Source of the DNA: a bacterium
Lineage (GTDB): Bacteria; Patescibacteriota; Minisyncoccia; Phycocordibacterales; UBA918
Assembly (NCBI GenBank): GCA_002710785.1
Contig: PAMC01000018.1
Location: 10,515-74,514 of the forward strand
Length of the DNA stretch: 64,000 nucleotides
Direction of reading: 5' to 3'
Of this stretch, positions 56,176 through 64,000 are shown one piece after another; position 1 is the stretch's first letter; every line of letters begins with the position of its first letter. The translations under genes and the position numbers were made by a program. The notes below the pieces were generated by a model, which had not been told where the DNA came from, did no database searches, and saw only the letters and a list, made by a program, of their open reading frames with translations.

Positions 56176-58116
56176 TTAAATTCCGATTAGAACGGGTATC
56201 ACCATTGGGTTTTTGTGGGTCTTTTGGAGCAAGAAGCCGTTTAAGGTGTCAGCCACTTGGTCCTTAACGTAGTCAAGGTCGAGTGGGTGCATACCTTGGG
56301 TGTGCTTCTCGATGGTGCGTTTTACCAACACACGTGCCTCAGAGAGAAGTTGCTGGTTCTCGCGTAGATAGACAAATCCGCGCGAGATAATATCGGGCGA
56401 CTTGCGCAGCTTGCCGTTTTTAGTGCTGACGGTGGCAATTATCACAAACATACCGTCGTTGGCCAGCGTCTCGCGGTCGCGCAGCACAACCTCTTGCTTA
56501 GCGCCCACGGTAAAGCCATCGACCATGATGAGCTCGGTCGGAGCTTTTTGTTTGTGAAGAATGATCTCTTCGCCATTTTTGATGTCGATGAGTGAGCCAT
56601 TGTCGGGTACTACAATATTCTCTTTCGGAAAACCGGTGTCGATGGCGGCGTAACGGTGGCTCTTGAGGTGGAAATGGTGGCCGTGGACCGGCACCAAGAA
56701 CTTAGGGTTAACCTGCTGGCGCACCCAACAGAGCTCACCCGCGTTACCGTGGCCAGAGGAGTGCACAGAGTCACTCTTGTAGTTTACGACCCGCACGTCC
56801 TTACGATAAATGTTGTCCTTGAGCTTCTGAACGGCAATTTCGTTACCGGGGATCACCGAAGACGAGAGCACGAGCGTGTCGCGTTCGTTGAGCTTTACGT
56901 ACTTGTGCTTGTCAGTCGCCATACGCATAAGGGCAGCGAACTCTTCGCCCTGGGCGCCGGTGGCGAGGATGACAATCTTATCGGCCGGGTAGTCCTCCAT
57001 TTGCGGGCCAGTGATAAGAACACCAGGCTTAACCTCGAGCATCTTGGCTTTAAGCGCAATGTCGATGTGGGTCCTGATACTACGCCCTTCGGGCACTACG
57101 TACTTACCGTACTTCTCAGCCATCTTAATGATGTGAATGAGGCGCTCAAACTGTGAGGCAAAGGTACCAATAATCATACGGCCGTTGGTGTCACGAATCA
57201 GGCGCTCGAGCGCTTCAAACACCACGCTCTCAGGTGCCGAGAAACCATCGCGGTCAGCGTTGGTGGAGTCGGCTAGCATAACCAAGTTGTTGTTCTTACC
57301 GACGTTCTCCCAACTCTCGCGCTCTTCTTTAATCACTTCGCCGTCTTCGTGCGTCAAGCGAATGTCGCCCGTAATAACCACGTCGCCGTGCTTGGTTTCG
57401 ACCGAGACACCCATCGCATCGGGGATGGAGTGCGTAACAGGAAAGGTCTTCACTTTGGTGTTACCAACAGTAAAGCTCTCACCCTCTTTGACTACGTTCA
57501 TCTCCAGTGGGTCCATATGTGGAAACTCCTCCTGACGCTTGAGGATCATGAGCGAGGTTAGGTACTGTGTGTACACTGGCGGGTTACCAATGCGCTCCAT
57601 AATGAAGGGGATACCACCGATGTGGTCGAGGTGACCGTGGGTGACCACCAGTGCACGAATTTTATGCTTACGCTCCTCGAGGTACTGGGTATTAGGGAGA
57701 ATGTAGTTAATACCCGGTGCACCAGAACCTTCCGAGACAAACTGGAAACCAGCATCAAAGACGATAATGTCGTCTTTGCTCTCGAAGACGATCATGTTGC
57801 GACCGATCTCCTCTACTCCAGAGATTGGAATAACACGCACCGTGTCCTCGTCGGTAATCTCAGGTAGTGCAGGCGCTTTCTCGTCAGTGGTGGCGAGTCG
57901 GTGCTTTAGAGCTGGACTCGTCATGCTGCTGCGACGTGGGCCAAAGTTAGAGCGCCGGCGCGACGTTTTTTTGGTCGTCTTTTTGGCTGTCCCACCACGT
58001 TGTGGTCGGCCACCGGCTGTGCGCTTGCGAGTGTTACCATGTGCGGCGCGAGTGTTTGAACGAGCGCTATGCGAGCGACGACGATTGTTTCGGTTTGGTT
58101 GGGTTTTTTCGTTCAT
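56176..58116 (-). CDS. rnj: Ribonuclease J with Arg-rich N-terminal extension
   Basis: 'EIGRNM', 'THGHLDHIG', 'HSIPD', 'DSTN', 'HSSGH', 'PVHG'. Confidence 0.95.
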   Translation of the reverse strand: MNEKTQPNRNNRRRSHSARSNTRAAHGNTRKRTAGGRPQRGGTAKKTTKKTSRRRSNFGPRRSSMTSPALKHRLATTDEKAPALPEITDEDTVRVIPISGVEEIGRNMIVFESKDDIIVFDAGFQFVSEGSGAPGINYILPNTQYLEERKHKIRALVVTHGHLDHIGGIPFIMERIGNPPVYTQYLTSLMILKRQEEFPHMDPLEMNVVKEGESFTVGNTKVKTFPVTHSIPDAMGVSVETKHGDVVITGDIRLTHEDGEVIKEERESWENVGKNNNLVMLADSTNADRDGFSAPESVVFEALERLIRDTNGRMIIGTFASQFERLIHIIKMAEKYGKYVVPEGRSIRTHIDIALKAKMLEVKPGVLITGPQMEDYPADKIVILATGAQGEEFAALMRMATDKHKYVKLNERDTLVLSSSVIPGNEIAVQKLKDNIYRKDVRVVNYKSDSVHSSGHGNAGELCWVRQQVNPKFLVPVHGHHFHLKSHRYAAIDTGFPKENIVVPDNGSLIDIKNGEEIILHKQKAPTELIMVDGFTVGAKQEVVLRDRETLANDGMFVIIATVSTKNGKLRKSPDIISRGFVYLRENQQLLSEARVLVKRTIEKHTQGMHPLDLDYVKDQVADTLNGFLLQKTHKNPMVIPVLIGI

Positions 58117-58148
58117 AGAATTGTTACTACGTTATACGTTACTAATGG

Positions 58149-59873
58149 TTACTCAATAAATATCGGCCATAGTGACTCGGACTCGATATGCCAGTCGTAA
58201 ATAGTGGCGAACCGTTCGCTCGGGCGATTGAGTCGGTCGGGAATGGTCAATGGGGTGTCACTGCGGGTGACGTATGAAAATTCTGGATTAAAGAGGAAGA
58301 TAGCGGGTGTCTCGCTCGTGAGTTCGGCCACAAACTGCACCAAGAGCTCTGTGCGAGCCGCCGCGTCTTCGGTTACCCGGTAATCCTCCAGGTAGTCGTC
58401 GGTGGTGATGCTCGTGTAGAGCGCGATATTAAGACCTGGGTCCTCGCGCTGGCTCGAGTGCCAGAAGGGGTAGTAGTCGAGCGCTCGCCCGACCTCAGTA
58501 CCAAAGAGCAGTAGTTGGTAATCGCGCGGGCGGATCACGGCTTGCACTAGATCGGCCTGCTCGTAGAGGGCGACGCTCACCTCAACACCGAGCGCGCCCC
58601 AAGCTTCGCTAATAAACTGGGCGGTAGCGTCAAACAGCTCGGTGTTGGCAGTGGTAATGGTAATAGCCAGCGGGACCGTCTCCTCATCGATCTCTTTCTC
58701 CCAGCCGCCAGCCTCGGTCTGCACCCAGCCGCCAGAGAGTAACGTCGTTACTGCCTGCTCCGCGCTACTGGTGCCGGTACTCGTTTCTGGCCCAAACCCG
58801 GCTGGCAGCGGACTCTCGGTGGCCTGGCCAAAACCCGCCAGCACCTCTGCAATGAGCGCTTCGCGGTCGATGGCTTGGCTGAGCGCCTTCCGTGCTGCGC
58901 TGTCGCGCATCACCGCGCTACGGTTTTGGTTTGGGTAGAGTGCGAACACGCGTGGCAGCGGCTTACGGTACACCTGATAGGCATCTGAGAGTGAAGCGAC
59001 ACTTTGGTTTCCAAGCGCCGCGGTGTGGGTAATGTCGCCACGCTCGAGCGCTGCTCGCGCGGCCGCCTCGTCGGCAAAGAAGTGCACCGTAACGGCTGCG
59101 ATATTTGGTATTGGCTCGTAGCGGTCAAACCGCTCGAGCTGGTACTGTTCGATGAGGCCAGCATCACTGCGAACGATGTTGGCGATTTGGTACGGGCCGC
59201 TACCCACCGGTTCGGTGTTGTACTGGCTAAACGGAAACTCGTCAGCACTCAAACCTTGCCAGAGGTGTCGCGGCAGTATACCCAAAGTAAGGTTTTCGCT
59301 AAATGGTACGTATGGCTCTTCGAGCACGATGTTAAGCTCGAACGTGTCTATTGGCTCAATGGTGACGTCGTTCCAGTTTCCACGCACCGGACTCTTAAGC
59401 TCCGGATCCTGCACAAGGCCAATGGTATACACAACGTCTTCGGCGGTAATAGCCACGCCATCGTGCCAGTACTGATCTTCCTTAAGGCGCACGTTGTAGG
59501 TGCGTCCGTCCTCAGAGACAGTTACTGATTCAGCTAGATCAGGCACCAGTTCGCCCGAACGGTCGATGGTGTAGAGGCCGCGGTAGAGGAGGCTGCTCAT
59601 ATCTTGGTCGGCACGGGTGATGGCCAAAACTGGGTTTACAAACCGGGGTGCGCCGACTATCCCTTCTTGGAGCGTGCCACCCGCTGTGGGGACTATCGCT
59701 TGGTGGGTCGCGTTATACTGCCACAGCCAGAGTAGGCCACCAATCACAAAGATGGCCAGCAACGCACCAAGCAACGTTCGGTCAAATGGCGAGCGGTGGT
59801 GTAGGTAGGTAAAGAGTCGGTCAAACAGACCTTTACGTAGAGTATCAGAGGCGCGTCGGCGCAACAGTTTCAT
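58149..59873 (-). CDS. ABC peptide-type substrate-binding protein (SBP family 5)
   Basis: 'NPVLA', 'PDLAES', 'WHDG..ITAEDV', 'GSGPY'. Confidence 0.88.
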   Translation of the reverse strand: MKLLRRRASDTLRKGLFDRLFTYLHHRSPFDRTLLGALLAIFVIGGLLWLWQYNATHQAIVPTAGGTLQEGIVGAPRFVNPVLAITRADQDMSSLLYRGLYTIDRSGELVPDLAESVTVSEDGRTYNVRLKEDQYWHDGVAITAEDVVYTIGLVQDPELKSPVRGNWNDVTIEPIDTFELNIVLEEPYVPFSENLTLGILPRHLWQGLSADEFPFSQYNTEPVGSGPYQIANIVRSDAGLIEQYQLERFDRYEPIPNIAAVTVHFFADEAAARAALERGDITHTAALGNQSVASLSDAYQVYRKPLPRVFALYPNQNRSAVMRDSAARKALSQAIDREALIAEVLAGFGQATESPLPAGFGPETSTGTSSAEQAVTTLLSGGWVQTEAGGWEKEIDEETVPLAITITTANTELFDATAQFISEAWGALGVEVSVALYEQADLVQAVIRPRDYQLLLFGTEVGRALDYYPFWHSSQREDPGLNIALYTSITTDDYLEDYRVTEDAAARTELLVQFVAELTSETPAIFLFNPEFSYVTRSDTPLTIPDRLNRPSERFATIYDWHIESESLWPIFIE

Positions 59874-59955
59874 ACGGTTATTAGACAACAAAAATAGCTA
59901 TCGGTAAGGAAATGGAGCAGGGGTCTGCTACACCAGCCACAGGCCAGGTGTGCTT

Positions 59956-60198
59956 CTATACGAACAGATTGATGAGCGCTGCGAGTGCAAAGAGTACTGC
60001 GACTACAACTGAGAAACGGAAGAGAAAGAGTTCGCCACCGCGTCGCTTGTTAAACGCTGCACTGAAGTTGTCGCCACCAAAGGCACCACCGAGACTCGAA
60101 CCGCGTTGTTGGAGGAGAATGGCTGCCACCAGGAGGACGGACAGGATAACTTGGATGTAGGGCAATAGCGGTGCTACTACCGTTCGTAAGAATTCCAT
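59956..60198 (-). CDS. secG: Preprotein translocase SecG
   Basis: 'ILLQQRG..LGGAFGG', two TMs. Confidence 0.9.
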   Translation of the reverse strand: MEFLRTVVAPLLPYIQVILSVLLVAAILLQQRGSSLGGAFGGDNFSAAFNKRRGGELFLFRFSVVVAVLFALAALINLFV

Positions 60199-60754
60199 GT
60201 GTTCGAGATAGTAGCAGATAGCTTAATGTGTGGCAAGGGACTATGTAAAAGAAAGTATCCGCCCAGGGAGGCGGATACAGTATGTCCTTGTTGTCCTAAT
60301 AGTTTTTTGGCTGAGGCGGTGACGGGTACCGCGTCTCGTACCATCGCTCTGGAGATTTGTTGCACAACATTTCGCGAAACGACAGCCAGGTACCGCGCCG
60401 CAATCGCTTAAACTGCCGCAAGGCAAGGACGTAGACCGTCCAGCTGACGTAGCATAGACTGACCAGTGTGTCGTTGGCCAGCCCAGAGACGTAAAACGTG
60501 ACAAAAAAACAATATCATACCAAGCGCCATTCCGCGCGAACCCAACATGGATTCCGTGCGGCGAATTCGGTCGCGCCGATCTCCTCGTCTTTTGCATGCC
60601 CGTTCGTACTAGGCAGCTTTTCCAAGAGCCGCTGCGCGCCGGAGCCTCTCGAAAATAAGGCTGGAAATTTCGCAGACTTTTTTCCAGACAGCAAGGTCGG
60701 GGTCGTGATGAAAATATACGCGCATTTTTTCCTCTCAACGCTAAGTTTTTTCTT

Positions 60755-60782
60755 TTGACACTCTAGCACGCTGCATTATAAT
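60755..60782 (+). promoter_or_regulatory. Consensus sigma70 promoter of groESL
   Basis: TTGACA-16 nt-TATAAT. Confidence 0.7.
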
Positions 60783-60870
60783 GTCACGCGCAGAGCGGTG
60801 GCGAAGCTGCCGCTCGGGAATATCATTGAATTTTGAAACCAATTGTAAGTGTAAGTAGTTTTTGTTGACT

Positions 60871-61188
60871 ATGGCAGATAAAAGCCCAATTACTCCACTA
60901 GGAGATAAAGTGGTCATCCGGCCACTAACCGACGACGAGAGCAGTACCAAATCTGCCTCGGGTATTATCATTCCTGATTCAGTTGAGAGTAAAGATAAGA
61001 GCGACCAGGGTGTAGTGGTTGCAGTTGGTCCCGGTGCATGGAACGAAGATGGCGAAAAGCGTATTCCGCTTGATGTAGCCAAGGGCGACCGCGTGCTCTT
61101 TAGCAGTTGGCGCGAGAAGGTGAAGGTGGGAGAGTACGAGTACTTTGTGATCTCACAATCAGACATTCACGGCATTATTAACGCGTAA
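60871..61188 (+). CDS. groES: Co-chaperonin GroES
   Basis: 'PLGDKV', 'SGIIIPD', 'VVAVGPG'. Confidence 0.96.
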   Translation: MADKSPITPLGDKVVIRPLTDDESSTKSASGIIIPDSVESKDKSDQGVVVAVGPGAWNEDGEKRIPLDVAKGDRVLFSSWREKVKVGEYEYFVISQSDIHGIINA

Positions 61189-61199
61189 TCGTTACATAA

Positions 61200-62855
<1,656 letters not shown>

Positions 62856-62940
62856 GAAATTAAAGGCAAAAATCTAGAAAGCGCCATGGCGGCGCTTTTT
62901 TGGTATACTACACAGCGTTACAATAAAATCGATTTTATCT

Positions 62941-63525
62941 ATGCTTGGAATGTGGATTCTAATTGGGGCAGGGGTGCTCTTGGTGCTGTACCTCATTGCT
63001 ACTTATAATAAATTTGTTCGCCTTACCGTACGCTCAGAAGAAGCCTGGGCCGATATTGATGTGCAGCTAAAGCGACGCTACGACCTGATCCCAAACCTTA
63101 TTGAGACAGTGAAAGGGTACGCGGCGCACGAGCAGGGAGTGTTTCAGGCGGTAACTGAGGCGCGCAACCAAGCGACACAGGTACACGTCGACCCGAGCAA
63201 TATTACCCCTGAGCAAATTCAGACCATGGCAGGCGCTGAGCAAGCACTCTCTGGCGCGCTTGGCCGGTTGCTGGCGGTTGCAGAGGCGTACCCAGACCTC
63301 AAAGCCAGTCAAAACTTTAGTGAGCTGCAGGCTGAGCTCACCGACACCGAGAACAAGATCCAAGCGGCCCGACGTTTCTACAACACCAACGTGCGTGATT
63401 TGGCGATTGCGTTGCAGTCGTTTCCAAGTAATCTTATCGGCAGCATGTTTGGCTTTTCCGAGCGCGAGTACTTCGAGCTTGAGGAAGACTCAGCAGAGCG
63501 AGAGAACGTTAAAGTCGAATTTTAG
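62941..63525 (+). CDS. lemA: LemA family protein
   Basis: 'IDVQLKRR.DLIPNL', 'AEAYPDLKA', 'RRFYN'. Confidence 0.93.
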   Translation: MLGMWILIGAGVLLVLYLIATYNKFVRLTVRSEEAWADIDVQLKRRYDLIPNLIETVKGYAAHEQGVFQAVTEARNQATQVHVDPSNITPEQIQTMAGAEQALSGALGRLLAVAEAYPDLKASQNFSELQAELTDTENKIQAARRFYNTNVRDLAIALQSFPSNLIGSMFGFSEREYFELEEDSAERENVKVEF

Positions 63526-63534
63526 TCTATGGCC

Positions 63535-63909
63535 ATGGAAAAACGTGTATATTACAACAAGCTAGTCCGCGATCTCATCAAGGACCGTATTGAAGGTAAA
63601 GGGGAGACGTGCTCGGTCCGCACCATCGACGACGTGCAGGAGTTTCAGCAAGAGCTTCTCAAGAAGGTAATCGAAGAGGGTCACGCAGTAGCTAACTCAC
63701 GCAGTCGCGAGAAGTTTCTCGAAGAGTACTGCGACCTAATGGTCGTACTCGATGCGCTCACCGACCTCCTCGAGCTCTCGGAGGCTGAGGTTAAGGAGGC
63801 GATGGAGCACAACATTGCGCGCAAAGGTAAGTATACGTACCGCCACTTCCTCGAGTGGTCGGCTGACGTTACGTACGAGAGTAACGAGACCCCGCAAGGT
63901 GTGCGCTAG
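63535..63909 (+). CDS. MazG/HisE-like nucleoside triphosphate pyrophosphohydrolase
   Basis: 'YNKLVRD.I', 'K..EE', 'EE..D'. Confidence 0.7.
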   Translation: MEKRVYYNKLVRDLIKDRIEGKGETCSVRTIDDVQEFQQELLKKVIEEGHAVANSRSREKFLEEYCDLMVVLDALTDLLELSEAEVKEAMEHNIARKGKYTYRHFLEWSADVTYESNETPQGVR

Positions 63910-63945
63910 CGCAATAAAGCTCACTAATTTTCGTAGCAGATACCA

Positions 63946-64000
63946 ATGAGTCAGAGTAATTCGCTGTACACCCACCAAAGCAGTAATATCGCCAAGACGT
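63946..64000 (+). CDS. Start of probable HtpX-like M48 protease, truncated by window
   Basis: MSQSNSLYTHQSSNIAKT resembles HtpX N-termini; lemA-htpX linkage is common. Confidence 0.45.
   Translation, partial: MSQSNSLYTHQSSNIAKT

Noticed and set aside
60761-60790. CIRCE operator at groESL
   Set aside because: Only a half-site-like CTAGCAC; the matching GAGTGCTAA arm is absent

Overview
Gene content points to a small-genome Patescibacteria (CPR, Parcubacteria-like) chromosome using standard code 11; this is inferred from VirB2-like pilin fusions, a Zn-less DnaX and nearly leaderless genes. Positions ~2212-14830 look like a ~12.6 kb integrative element inserted at the 3' end of tRNA-Trp(CCA). 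It carries a large serine recombinase, a primase-polymerase/helicase, ArdC-N-like, SymE-like and Zn-ribbon small genes, and cargo including an AbiF/Abi_2 HEPN protein with an upstream structured RNA. The putative att core (GCGGGC) lies inside the recombinase ORF, so excision would replace the recombinase C-terminus in frame. The rest is mostly housekeeping: miaA, parB, rel, topA, dprA, serS, dus, dnaX, ldh-eno-pyk, rnj, secG, groES/EL and lemA. The most unusual non-coding signal is at two tRNA loci (Gln-CTG and Trp-CCA). Each has degenerate 'ghost' tRNA copies interrupted by short hairpin inserts with 3-4 nt duplications, and at the Gln locus the intact tRNA is nested inside the D-loop of its own ghost copy. 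All assignments come from reading motifs by eye; no database searches were run.
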